Shown here: positions 30,656 through 39,645 of the stretch, in pieces | How positions within the stretch are numbered: position 1 is the stretch's first letter | How the letters are laid out: each line of letters opens with the position of its first letter | DNA from: Pseudobacteriovorax sp. | GTDB taxonomy: Bacteria; Bdellovibrionota_B; Oligoflexia; Oligoflexales; Oligoflexaceae | Direction of reading: 5' to 3' | NCBI GenBank assembly: GCA_050293845.1 | Contig: JBNKNM010000032.1 | Span: 1-39,645, forward strand | Length of the DNA: 39,645 bases | Made by a program: the position numbers and the translations under genes | Notes under the pieces: generated by a model | Database searches by the model: none | The model's input: only the letters and a program-made list of their open reading frames with translations | What the model was told of the DNA's origin: nothing

Positions 30656-31792
30656 TTAGTTACATTCAGCAACATCATTATCAATATTAAACTCGGCGCA
30701 CCACCAAGCTATATAACCAGCAGCATTTGAGGGACTTGATACATTTGGATGGTTTGCACCTCTGCTACCTGGGGTAGTTTGACTCATGTCATAACCCTTA
30801 TTATTTGTGGGGCTGAGGGGGGCGTTGCTGCCTTCTATAGGGGTAGCAAGATCAGGCCACAGTTCGTCATAAGTAAACGCAGAAGTGTGACAATTACAAC
30901 CTGCCCCAAAATTTATGCCTAAACTCGCTAGACCTGGAAATTTGTCATTCTGTTTATAAGAAACAAATCTTTTAGGAGAACCTCCCAAAAGAACTTCTTC
31001 TCCTTTTTGCAAAGCGTATACATAAACTTCACGTTCTCGGTTATTTAGCATCTCATCTGTGATCTTGATCCTAAAGCCATGTTTACCAATATCAGCTCCA
31101 TAACTATTCTCTGCCAGAGCAGGTTGCACTGTTATTGGTGTACCTGTTTCTTTGGGCCCGTCAATGTAAGCAGTCACCGATAATACTTCATCAGGATCAT
31201 TTACATCTTTTGCAAAACCGACAATATCGTGTTGGCTTGGACCTGAAACTTCAATTTTTTCCATTAATCCTAGGCTTGAAACAGCATTTGCAAACTCAAT
31301 TTGATACCACTCGATGGCTAGAGCACATAAAGGAGCTTCTTCATTGCGGCATATAACTGTACCAGGGTGAGTCTCACCATTTTTCATTGGTCTTCCAAGC
31401 ATAGGACTGATGAAGCCATTATCGTTTGAAAAATTGCCTTTTTTAAGTAGAGCGAACATTTTTCCATAATCGTAAATAGCTTCATCACTAGGATTGGATT
31501 GGTTTAGTATTTCACGAGGAGCATTATGGCAGTTTAAACAGTTTTCTGAGGAAGCTTTGAAAGCGGCAACTATTTTACCACTAAAGAATTCTTCACCTTC
31601 TTTGGTACCTTTTTCATTTTTAGCAGGTTTTGACGGATTACCATCAGAATCTGTACCAGAAGGGTCATTCCCATCAGGACTCCCTCTACCCCCAATAACC
31701 TCAGACTCTACTTGAGGTGAGCAGCTTGCAAAGGTAAACGCGAAAACAATACTCAGAAATATCTTCCAATTTCGTAAAGGCCTCATGTCCAA
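30656..31792 (-). CDS. Lipoprotein, putative c-type cytochrome with two heme-like repeats
   Basis: Lipobox FASC; CLNCH and CNCH; central Ig-like segment (VGFAKD...AYIDG...HGFRI...VYVYA). Confidence 0.7.
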   Translation of the reverse strand: MDMRPLRNWKIFLSIVFAFTFASCSPQVESEVIGGRGSPDGNDPSGTDSDGNPSKPAKNEKGTKEGEEFFSGKIVAAFKASSENCLNCHNAPREILNQSNPSDEAIYDYGKMFALLKKGNFSNDNGFISPMLGRPMKNGETHPGTVICRNEEAPLCALAIEWYQIEFANAVSSLGLMEKIEVSGPSQHDIVGFAKDVNDPDEVLSVTAYIDGPKETGTPITVQPALAENSYGADIGKHGFRIKITDEMLNNREREVYVYALQKGEEVLLGGSPKRFVSYKQNDKFPGLASLGINFGAGCNCHTSAFTYDELWPDLATPIEGSNAPLSPTNNKGYDMSQTTPGSRGANHPNVSSPSNAAGYIAWWCAEFNIDNDVAECN

Positions 31793-32049
31793 TTTTCCCC
31801 TTTATTTAACTAGTTGCCTTCTATATCGGCATAGTAGGTATGAGACTTGAGTTTAAGATAAGTCAAATTGTAGTTTTTTATGTTAAAATGATATTTTTGT
31901 AAGAGAATTAGTAAGATAGAAAAATGCTAAAGTTTTACTCCTTAGCTGCCGACCATAGCACCCTCTGGAGGGCCAGAAATATAGTTTGCATGGTCTTAAG
32001 GAGAAGGTAGAACAAATGATACTTTTTTTGCTAACTTTTAAGAGCGAGA

Positions 32050-32457
32050 GTGACTATGGGTAATTTTTCAAGGAGCCTTTTTTTAGGATTGGGCTTAACC
32101 GGTCTAGGTTTTACAGGTTTAGGTTTAGCTGCAGCCGATAAAGTAGAGAAGAAAGCTGGAGAAAACGAGTCTGTAACAGGTACAACAACAGCAGCTAATC
32201 AAGTAGGGGAAATGGAGGAAGCTGCTTCAAATTATCCTCAAATGCCCACGGAATGTAAAGCTGGAGAGGCTTATCGTAAGGTATGGATCGAGTATGGCAA
32301 TGCTCAGGGTCAAAAATGTAAGGTGAACTATATTAAAGACCAGCAGCCTGCAAAAATTTTGTGGACAGCAGAAAATGATCCAGATTTTTGCGTAACTAAA
32401 GCCAAGGGGCTTATTAATGAAACCTTAGCAGGGTTCAACTGTACCGAGGTAAGATGA
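32050..32457 (+). CDS. Secreted hypothetical protein with 4 Cys
   Basis: Hydrophobic N-terminus; C...CKVNY..ILW..DFC...GFNC. Confidence 0.75.
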   Translation: MTMGNFSRSLFLGLGLTGLGFTGLGLAAADKVEKKAGENESVTGTTTAANQVGEMEEAASNYPQMPTECKAGEAYRKVWIEYGNAQGQKCKVNYIKDQQPAKILWTAENDPDFCVTKAKGLINETLAGFNCTEVR

Positions 32458-32519
32458 GCTTTGTGGGGGGGCCTCACACAGAGGCCTTAATCATCCATGC
32501 TCGTGCAGGCTTTATCGAT

Positions 32520-32960
32520 TTAGTTCCAAGGCCTTACAATAACCATGATCACGATGATAATCATGAGCAGTGTAGGAATTTCATTGAGTATTCTGAATTT
32601 CTTTCCAGAAAAAATTTCTTTATCTTCTTGAAAGAGCCTTACCTGCTTCGCAGCCGTCATGGTTGACCCGGTCAGAGCTATCGCAGCTATCAGCTTGACA
32701 ATAAACCAACTACTTTGCAGCAAACCGTGATTCAAAGCTATCATAGTGAGTCCCGCAGTCCAGGCTACGACCATGGCAGGTATAGTGATGGCCTTTAATA
32801 GGCGTCGTGACATAGTCTTGAGCAAAGTACGGACTGTTTCGTGGTCATTACCATTTTCACTAGCGTACACTAGCAGGCGGTAAAGGTATAAAATTCCCGC
32901 CATCCAGCTGATAATAGCAATAACATGCAAGGCGAGAATGGGGCGATACCAAGTCATCAT
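32520..32960 (-). CDS. hemJ: Protoporphyrinogen oxidase HemJ (CopD family)
   Basis: ALHVIAIISWMAGILYLYRLLVY, RRLLKAITIPAM, WFIVKL, FRILNEIPT, IVRPW. Confidence 0.9.
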   Translation of the reverse strand: MMTWYRPILALHVIAIISWMAGILYLYRLLVYASENGNDHETVRTLLKTMSRRLLKAITIPAMVVAWTAGLTMIALNHGLLQSSWFIVKLIAAIALTGSTMTAAKQVRLFQEDKEIFSGKKFRILNEIPTLLMIIIVIMVIVRPWN

Positions 32961-33730
32961 TCATTCATTCCTTCTGAGGTGATACGGGGTGAAAGGCACA
33001 GGCTTTTTAGACGGGATATACAATCTCTGTCAAGAAACTCATAGGGAGACTTACTTTTTAAATGGCTGACTCTATGGGTTAGCTTCTCCTTTACGCTCGG
33101 GTTGGCTGCAGATAGCGGTAGTTTTTCGTGGCTGCAGAACTCAACCCATAGAAAGCTGTTGCTATGGTAGCTATAGGTGACAATAGCTTCCAAAATTTCG
33201 GCATAGCGAGGGTCCCAAAGTTTGTCCACTTGCTCAACAAAAATGGCAACAGGCTCCTTGGTTTGTTTAGGAAATAAATCCCCGGCTTTAGCCCGACCTA
33301 GGGTAATTATATGGGAATAAATTCCAAATCGCCAGGTACAAGCCATGGCCATGGACCAAAGATGGGAAGGTTGAGCCAGCTTTCCTGAGATGACACTTCC
33401 TTGGGGGCGATATCCCTTGATGGTGTCACTGACATGCCTGAGTATGCCAGCATTCTTTGTGCCGCTTGTTAAAACACACTGGGAAGCCTGCGGACCCCAG
33501 CTTTTCTGGAGTTGGTCGATGATACCTTGCGTCCGTCGTAACCTTTTGCGAAGCCCACAGCCGATAACCATATTTTGCTTCGGGTCTTGCCTATTACCTA
33601 AGCCACCGCAACAAGGGAAGAGGTGGGGTTGCGGGACGACTTTGCCGTCGTGCCATTCCAATCCAAAGAGAATGCCGTTTAAGATGGAATTTTCAAGGGA
33701 TTTCAGGATGCATTGGCGCCGTCCAATCAA
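32957..33730 (-). CDS. Hypothetical protein, probable degenerate DnaC-like AAA+ paralog
   Basis: 4-nt (ATGA) overlaps with both neighbours; colinear weak similarity to the upstream ATPase without an intact Walker A. Confidence 0.65.
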   Translation of the reverse strand: MIGRRQCILKSLENSILNGILFGLEWHDGKVVPQPHLFPCCGGLGNRQDPKQNMVIGCGLRKRLRRTQGIIDQLQKSWGPQASQCVLTSGTKNAGILRHVSDTIKGYRPQGSVISGKLAQPSHLWSMAMACTWRFGIYSHIITLGRAKAGDLFPKQTKEPVAIFVEQVDKLWDPRYAEILEAIVTYSYHSNSFLWVEFCSHEKLPLSAANPSVKEKLTHRVSHLKSKSPYEFLDRDCISRLKSLCLSPRITSEGMNE

Positions 33731-34698
33731 GAGTGCTGGCCTCGCTCAATGCTTTTACTACTGGGTTTCTGCTGCAGTAATCCAGCTTTGGGAGTAAAGA
33801 ACTGCTTACGAAAATCTTCACCAGTGAGTTCCATGAGTTGGCTTGTTTCTACAAGTCGTGAGTAAATTCTTTCACCGATTCTCTTCTCCAGACTTTCAAA
33901 TCGATCTAGATTGAAGCTGCCAAAAGACTCTTGGGATAAATCTTTCTGATGCATAGGGACTTGTTTTTCAGGCTTTAATCCATAATTGGTAGAGGCGACA
34001 ACAACTTTGTTTTGATTGTAGCGACCCATAATAATCTGGTCGATGATCGACATCTCCCAATCGCTACTGCGGCCTTTGCCAAGTTCATCGATAAACAACA
34101 CGTCAATGTCAATCAGTGGTTTCAGAATGTTAGCGTCAGACCTAGAGTTGGAGTAAGCACTTTTGATTTCGTTTAGTAACTGAAAGAAGTCTACAAACTT
34201 AACCGACAAGCCACGAGCGGCAAAGTTTTTTGCGACTGCAGCCAGCAAATAAGTTTTACCTACACCAACGGGACCCCCTAAGAGTAGGCCTTGGGGAGAT
34301 CTAGGTTTGAACTCTCTTAACCAAAGGGCAATACTGTGGAGAACTTCACGACCGTTCCCCGTGAAGTTCGAAAAATTATCTAATTTAGCTATACCATATC
34401 TGGATGGTATTTGGGCATGGTTGAGTATACTCACGATACGTGCGGGGCTCGGTGTACGGCAAGGAATGGAGACCCTATCAACAAGATGGCGTACTTTACC
34501 AAAGCAGGTCTTGCATGACTCCACGCATTCACAAAGGCTTGTTTGCAGATATGCCCCTTGTAGGTGGTGCTTGTAGCCGATACCATCACAGCATTGGAGC
34601 TTTTGAGCAATAGCACAGTAATTCTGCTCTAGTATTTGAGGATTTTGCTTTTGATCCGACAATAGCTCTTGGGTAAGTTTTCGTGTAATTCTAACCAT
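33727..34698 (-). CDS. DnaC/DnaI/IstB-like AAA+ ATPase with Cys-rich N-terminus (candidate helicase loader)
   Basis: GPVGVGKT Walker A, LFIDELG Walker B, RYN, STN, RIGERIYSRL, GEDFRK; Cys clusters CCDG/CEC/CKTC. Confidence 0.88.
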   Translation of the reverse strand: MVRITRKLTQELLSDQKQNPQILEQNYCAIAQKLQCCDGIGYKHHLQGAYLQTSLCECVESCKTCFGKVRHLVDRVSIPCRTPSPARIVSILNHAQIPSRYGIAKLDNFSNFTGNGREVLHSIALWLREFKPRSPQGLLLGGPVGVGKTYLLAAVAKNFAARGLSVKFVDFFQLLNEIKSAYSNSRSDANILKPLIDIDVLFIDELGKGRSSDWEMSIIDQIIMGRYNQNKVVVASTNYGLKPEKQVPMHQKDLSQESFGSFNLDRFESLEKRIGERIYSRLVETSQLMELTGEDFRKQFFTPKAGLLQQKPSSKSIERGQHS

Positions 34699-34767
34699 GA
34701 TGGGCCCTACGCTCTCAAACTGAGTTTAATTAGTACACAACATGAGGATAAGAGGAAAGGTCTTTTC

Positions 34768-36273
34768 ATGACAGTCAAAAATTGCAAGGTTTTAGGAGAA
34801 TCGCAGTATGCTGGTACTGACATGTATGAAGGAGTTTTGCTGATAATTCCAGCCGCGGCAAAAAATAATCCTATAAATTACAGTGAGTTACTTAAAGATG
34901 TGCCTAAAGAAGATTGGGCTGAATGTATCGAAATCATTGGTAAGCGTACCAAGATAAAAGCCCAAGGAGGGGAAATCCTTGCATGGGACTATTCTCCTGC
35001 TTTAAGGGTTTGTACCCTATTTTGCGACCCAAGCCAGTCCATGTTCACATTATTAAAGGGCTGTCGCCAAGCGCTACAGAAAGTAAGTGAAAATGGCGTA
35101 AAGAGTATTTTGGTAGATCTAAGGTCCACCAGCAATAGCTTGGACATTGCCGATGCTATAAGTGCTGCTCTAACGGTAAGTAATTACAAGTTTAAAAAAT
35201 ACGGCGAATCTCAAGGTGAGCCAGAGGAGCCTATAAATATTGAGATATTGGTGCCCGATGCCAGCCTGAATGGAGCGCAGCAAGTTGTAGAGCACAGTTG
35301 CAAGGTCGCGGAATCCACAAACTTCGTTCGACAATTAACGATGAGAGCCGCCAATGATCTCACGCCACAGCGCTATATCAGCGAAGTTCAGGATCTTGCA
35401 CAAAGCTGGGGTACAGCGTGCGAAGTATACGGCTTCGAAAAGTTGCGGTCTATGAATGCTGGAGCTTTTTTGGCAGTTGCTCAGGCTTCTCCCGCAAAAG
35501 ATGCAGGCATCGTCAAGCTGGTTTATAACCCTGACTCAACCCATGGGCATCTGTGTTTTGTTGGCAAAGGAGTTACTTTCGATACAGGTGGTTGCAATCT
35601 GAAGCCTGCCAGTTCCATGTATGGAATGGAAAGAGACATGGCTGGCTCTGCAGTAGCCCTAGGTTTATTTAAAGTCGCTGTTGAAGAAGGTTGGCATGAA
35701 AAGGTGAGCTGCTTTCTAGCCATCTCGGATAACTTAGCTGGCAGTACTGCCTACCGACCTAACGATGTGGTGACAGCTATGAGTGGCAAGACCATTGAGA
35801 TTATCCATACCGATGCCGAGGGTCGGATGTTGCTGGCTGATACCTTATATCTTGCTAGTCAAGATAAACCTGATCTTATTATCGACTTTGCTACTCTCAC
35901 AGGGGCATGTGCAGGAGCTATCGGTAGTAGTTACAGCGGCGCATTTACTAATAATGCTGAGCAGTTCCATAGCAGATTGGTAGCTGCTGGAAAGCGCTCA
36001 GGGGAAAGAATTTGGCCGTTTCCTCTGGATGAAGACTTTGGCGAATGCCTTAAGTCTGAAGTAGCTGACATCAAGCAGTGTCGCGTCAAAGGGGGGGTCG
36101 ATCATATTGAGGCAGCCTACTTTCTGAAGGAGTTTATCGATCATGGGGTTCCTTGGATACATATCGACTTATCGGCAGCAAGTAACTCTGGAGGCTTGGC
36201 GCATGTAGGTACTGATGTAACGGGGTACGGCGTGCGCATTATTTCCGAATTCCTAAAGAACAAAACTTCTTGA
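34768..36273 (+). CDS. M17 leucyl aminopeptidase family
   Basis: GKGVTFDTGG, DMAGSA, HTDAEGRMLLAD, ATLTGA, WIHIDL; start at ATG 34768 (AGGAAAGG upstream). Confidence 0.95.
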   Translation: MTVKNCKVLGESQYAGTDMYEGVLLIIPAAAKNNPINYSELLKDVPKEDWAECIEIIGKRTKIKAQGGEILAWDYSPALRVCTLFCDPSQSMFTLLKGCRQALQKVSENGVKSILVDLRSTSNSLDIADAISAALTVSNYKFKKYGESQGEPEEPINIEILVPDASLNGAQQVVEHSCKVAESTNFVRQLTMRAANDLTPQRYISEVQDLAQSWGTACEVYGFEKLRSMNAGAFLAVAQASPAKDAGIVKLVYNPDSTHGHLCFVGKGVTFDTGGCNLKPASSMYGMERDMAGSAVALGLFKVAVEEGWHEKVSCFLAISDNLAGSTAYRPNDVVTAMSGKTIEIIHTDAEGRMLLADTLYLASQDKPDLIIDFATLTGACAGAIGSSYSGAFTNNAEQFHSRLVAAGKRSGERIWPFPLDEDFGECLKSEVADIKQCRVKGGVDHIEAAYFLKEFIDHGVPWIHIDLSAASNSGGLAHVGTDVTGYGVRIISEFLKNKTS

Positions 36274-36316
36274 TAAGTTCCCTATCTACGGGGTCATTAT
36301 TCACATCCCGGTGTAG

Positions 36317-36700
36317 CTACCAGCGGGGTTTATAGAGCCAGTCAAACCCACCACGACGGTGGGTAATGGCATACTTGGCTCCGTCCATAGTTATATTGAC
36401 GACAGCCTTTTGCGATCCGGATACGGCGTTGATCCACAGCAGGTTCCCCCATAGGAAACAGATAGCTAGTAGGATCGATAATCCCCAGAATTTCTTTGGT
36501 GCGCAGTCCCACCAGTGGGGCCTGTACCAGAGTTGGGAAAAGTAGAGTACGGCTAGGGGAAGAGCAAAAAAGCCATAAAACCAGGATCTCTCCATATCAA
36601 ATTCATCGGATATCCACAGGGTTCCATAAAAACCCAAGCCTAGGTAAATGGAAAAGAGCACAAAACAGTAGATACGAAAGCCGCGATCTTGCCAAAGCAT
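36317..36700 (-). CDS. Hypothetical membrane protein (3 TM)
   Basis: GGGGG RBS-like run, three hydrophobic segments. Confidence 0.7.
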   Translation of the reverse strand: MLWQDRGFRIYCFVLFSIYLGLGFYGTLWISDEFDMERSWFYGFFALPLAVLYFSQLWYRPHWWDCAPKKFWGLSILLAICFLWGNLLWINAVSGSQKAVVNITMDGAKYAITHRRGGFDWLYKPRW

Positions 36701-36751
36701 ATCATCCCCCCTTTTCTCTATGTTATGCGATTTTCTGGGGAGGGAACAATA

Positions 36752-37036
36752 CTAGCAAAATTTGATATCGCAGCAGCCTAGATGAAAAAACTGCGAGTTT
36801 TCTCCTCGAATATGGGGGTCTACAGAGTAGTAGATCTCTTTGCCTTTGCGCTTTGCAATAACAAGAGATTCGGCACGTAGGAGGCTCAAGTGATGGCTAA
36901 GCAAACTCTGCTCAATGTTCAGGGAGCTGGCTATCTCGCTGACGTTTAGGGACTGATGGTAAAGGAGCTTTAAGACCTGCCATCGGGTTTCATTGGCAAG
37001 AAGTTTGAAACGGCGCGTACTAACATCGTTTGACAT
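36752..37036 (-). CDS. ArsR/SmtB family regulator
   Basis: LANETR, NVSEIA, QSLLSHHLSLLR, RKGKEIYY, C-terminal GCC. Confidence 0.9.
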   Translation of the reverse strand: MSNDVSTRRFKLLANETRWQVLKLLYHQSLNVSEIASSLNIEQSLLSHHLSLLRAESLVIAKRKGKEIYYSVDPHIRGENSQFFHLGCCDIKFC

Positions 37037-37161
37037 GGTGTAATACCTTATATGACTCCCGTGGACTATGGTTCCACTGTAAGCTTATAGGAAATTTTTT
37101 CCTATCAGGCTAGCTCTCAAAACAACCGAGATTCAGGAAAACTTCTGATTTAAGGTGTGCC

Positions 37162-37749
37162 ATGAGCCTGTTCTCCACTTTAGTCCTAATCTTCTTCGCT
37201 TACTCGAAAATGCTATTAGCTAAAGATGGGGACCCTTTACCTTATTTGAAGTTAGTAGGTGTTATTGTGCACGATCAGAATATTCTGGAAAAAAGCATAC
37301 TTGTGATTAAAGATATGCGAAATCAGAAGACACTTACGATTGTAGGACAAGCCACCATACCAGGCACTTCCTTTGTCTTTAAAGGGCTTTTCAGGGACCA
37401 TATTATGGTGAGTAATGGAATAGAGTCTAGGAGAATCAATTACATAGAGAAACAAAATTATAAAGAGACTATCGCTGAAGTGAATCAACTGGATCAATTG
37501 GATGCTGACGCTATCGTTGCTAAGACGAACCTAACCTGGGAGAAGCTGGAGCAGCGTGCTGAGACTTTGGGTTTAGATATTCTACATCAAAATAGCTTAG
37601 AAAGAGAGAGGGATGAGGGCTGTGTAGAGGACTGCGAGGAAAACCAGCCAGATGATGAAACTGAGGAAGTCACCCAAGATGATTCGGGAAATAGCGATGA
37701 ACTTATAGACTTTCCAGAAAATCTAGATGAAATAATTGAAAGCAACTAG
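37162..37749 (+). CDS. Secreted hypothetical protein with GspC/PilP-like beta segment and acidic tail
   Basis: N-terminal hydrophobic helix, LKLVGVIV..SILVIKD, D/E-rich C-terminus. Confidence 0.6.
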   Translation: MSLFSTLVLIFFAYSKMLLAKDGDPLPYLKLVGVIVHDQNILEKSILVIKDMRNQKTLTIVGQATIPGTSFVFKGLFRDHIMVSNGIESRRINYIEKQNYKETIAEVNQLDQLDADAIVAKTNLTWEKLEQRAETLGLDILHQNSLERERDEGCVEDCEENQPDDETEEVTQDDSGNSDELIDFPENLDEIIESN

Positions 37750-37911
37750 GAAACCATTTGATTTCAATGCTTTTATGACATATAATCCGCATTACTCTAA
37801 GCGAATATGATAGATAAATTTGTGATTAGAAGACTCTTGGCCAGCTAGCCATGCCGTGCTATTATAGGAACTAGCAATAATTGGCGACTCCTAGTTTTCT
37901 AGATACGCATT

Positions 37912-37943
37912 AAAGGCTTCTTTTATAATTAAAGAAGCCTTTT
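37912..37943. terminator. Likely bidirectional intrinsic terminator
   Basis: AAAGGCTTCTTT...AAAGAAGCCTTT inverted repeat followed by a T-run, between convergent genes. Confidence 0.7.
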
Positions 37944-37965
37944 CTTTTCAATCTGGTTCTTGTTA

Positions 37966-38334
37966 TCAGTGAGGGTCGTTATACCAACCCTCTTCGACGC
38001 GGCGTTGATGAATGATCGCCCAGGCTGCGCCTGCATACAGCTTGCCATACTGTAGAAGCTCTGGGTCATCCATACTTCCCTCAGCCTTTATGACTATATT
38101 AAGCTGGTCGACTTCTTTAGCTTTTTCCAAAAGTTGGGGGCCATCCTCTTTGGCCTGGTTGAATGTATCGTAAAATACTACCCCGAACCTCTTTAAAATG
38201 GTTTTATGCTCACTAGGACTTTTGTCTTTCGGAGCGGGACTATTTTTTGTGCTACGACCTTTATTATTTGGTCTTCTGCGTCTTCTGCTATTCCCGCGCC
38301 CGCGATCCTTGGAGCGTTGATTATTTTGATTCAT
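37966..38334 (-). CDS. Hypothetical protein with basic disordered N-terminus
   Basis: ATG 38334; R/N-rich start, then compact domain FGVVFYDT...LYAGAAWAIIHQRR. Confidence 0.7.
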   Translation of the reverse strand: MNQNNQRSKDRGRGNSRRRRRPNNKGRSTKNSPAPKDKSPSEHKTILKRFGVVFYDTFNQAKEDGPQLLEKAKEVDQLNIVIKAEGSMDDPELLQYGKLYAGAAWAIIHQRRVEEGWYNDPH

Positions 38335-38409
38335 GAAACCCTTGCTATAGTCCTTGGCACTACCAAAAAGAGCGTGCACTTAGCATTTACGATTACTGTA
38401 TCTACAATC

Positions 38410-39645
38410 TTAACAATTGTTGAGTCGGTCTACCACCATGTCAATAGCAGCATCTATCGACAGGCGCTGCTGATCAGTGGTGTCGCGGTCGCGGATAGTT
38501 ACGGTATCATCTGTAATGGTTTGTCCATCTATTGTAATACAATATGGTGTACCAATCTCATCATGCTTAGCGTAACGCTTACCTATGGCTTGGGCCTCGT
38601 CATAATTAACAGTGACCCCTTTAGCTCTTAATTTTTTTACGACTTCGCGGGCTTTTTCTGGATGGCCGTCTTTTTTCATCAGGGGAAGCACCGCAACTTT
38701 TATCGGAGCTAGGCGTGGATGCAGCTTTAACACAACACGAGTTTTTTCTTTACCGTGCTTATCAGTACCCTTTTCTTCGGCGTAAGCATCGAGAAGAAAA
38801 GCTAAAATACTACGAGTTAGGCCAGCAGCAGGCTCGATAACATAGGGTGTATAGCGCCATCCTTTCTTACCGGTCGTGGGATCTTCCTTATTAGGTTCAA
38901 AGTAGCTTAGTTTTGCTCCCGTAGCCTGACTGTGACGGCTCAAATCATAATCGGTCCTGGAGGCTACACCTTCTAGTTCATCAAAACCCCATGGATATTC
39001 ATATTCGACATCGTAGCAATCGTCTGAGTAATGAGCCAACTCATCGCTATCATGTTGGCGTAGACGGAACTTAGCGGGAGAGTTTGCATATTTTCTGTAC
39101 CAATTGAGACGCTCGTCTTTCCAATAGTTGAGCCATTCCTGTTGGGTACCAGGTTCCACAAAAAATTCCATTTCCATCTGCTCAAACTCACAGGAGCGAA
39201 AAATGAAATGCTCGACCACAATTTCATTGCGAAAAGACTTGCCTTGCTGGGCGATTCCAAAAGGAACTTTTAAGGATGATGTCTGCAGTACATTGGCAAA
39301 CTGCACGAACATCGCTTGGGCTGTTTCTGGGCGCAGGTATACCGTAGTGCTGGAAACGGCTTCATCTAACTTTTTTCGTAGGTCTTCTTTGCTGAGATCC
39401 TTTCCCTGAATGTCCTTAATGAAAGCATCAAGGGGATCGACAGGACCTAAGGACGTTTTAAACATGCCGTTAAATTGGCGTTCATCGCTAAAATGGGGAG
39501 AACCACAAACGGGACATACGTAGCCCTTGTCAGTGACCTGCCCTGAAAGTTCTTTGCCGCCTTTTTTACCACCTTCAATATAGGTAACCAACTCTCCAGC
39601 AGTGGCCTGGGGAGCCTTATCAGCGCGAAATCTTTCTTTGCAATT
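38410..39645 (-). CDS. glyQS: Glycine-tRNA ligase, homodimeric (alpha2) type; 5' end off the window
   Basis: Frame open to the edge (NCKERFRAD); YLRPETAQ, GKSFRNEI, FEQMEMEFF, LAHYS, ELEGVASRTDYDL, PYVIEP, GKRY..DEIGTPY. Confidence 0.96.
   Translation of the reverse strand, partial: NCKERFRADKAPQATAGELVTYIEGGKKGGKELSGQVTDKGYVCPVCGSPHFSDERQFNGMFKTSLGPVDPLDAFIKDIQGKDLSKEDLRKKLDEAVSSTTVYLRPETAQAMFVQFANVLQTSSLKVPFGIAQQGKSFRNEIVVEHFIFRSCEFEQMEMEFFVEPGTQQEWLNYWKDERLNWYRKYANSPAKFRLRQHDSDELAHYSDDCYDVEYEYPWGFDELEGVASRTDYDLSRHSQATGAKLSYFEPNKEDPTTGKKGWRYTPYVIEPAAGLTRSILAFLLDAYAEEKGTDKHGKEKTRVVLKLHPRLAPIKVAVLPLMKKDGHPEKAREVVKKLRAKGVTVNYDEAQAIGKRYAKHDEIGTPYCITIDGQTITDDTVTIRDRDTTDQQRLSIDAAIDMVVDRLNNC

Noticed and set aside
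33727..34698. IS21 (istB) or prophage replication module
   Set aside because: No istA, integrase, terminal repeats or phage genes nearby; embedded among housekeeping genes

Overview
A ~42% GC bacterial chromosomal segment made up mostly of housekeeping and signalling genes. The gene content (REC-TPR, PilZ, HD-GYP/GGDEF, many secreted hypotheticals, sigma28-like promoters) suggests Bdellovibrionota/Oligoflexia, but this is inference only. Main genes: a >1650 aa single-chain acyl-CoA carboxylase that the ORF track missed, the carboxynorspermidine pathway, lgt, a DAACS symporter, fadH, sahR-ahcY, a LamB-like porin, hemJ, a DnaC/IstB-like ATPase, an M17 aminopeptidase and a homodimeric-type GlyRS. 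The most interesting signals lie outside the ORF track. (1) tRNA-Leu(UAA) carries a 243-nt group I intron, and just upstream is a second, degenerate tRNA-Leu 5' half with its own promoter and a 24-nt hairpin at the intron position. (2) Two unrelated IS200/IS605 (tnpB) right-end remnants, each about reRNA/omegaRNA-sized, abut two broken host genes. (3) The porin has a structured leader. Protein-level oddities include a DnaC-like ATPase coupled to an apparent catalytically dead paralog, a degenerate GGDEF protein with an intact I-site, and a two-repeat c-type heme lipoprotein with an atypical CxCH motif. All calls are from reading the sequence by eye; no searches were run.
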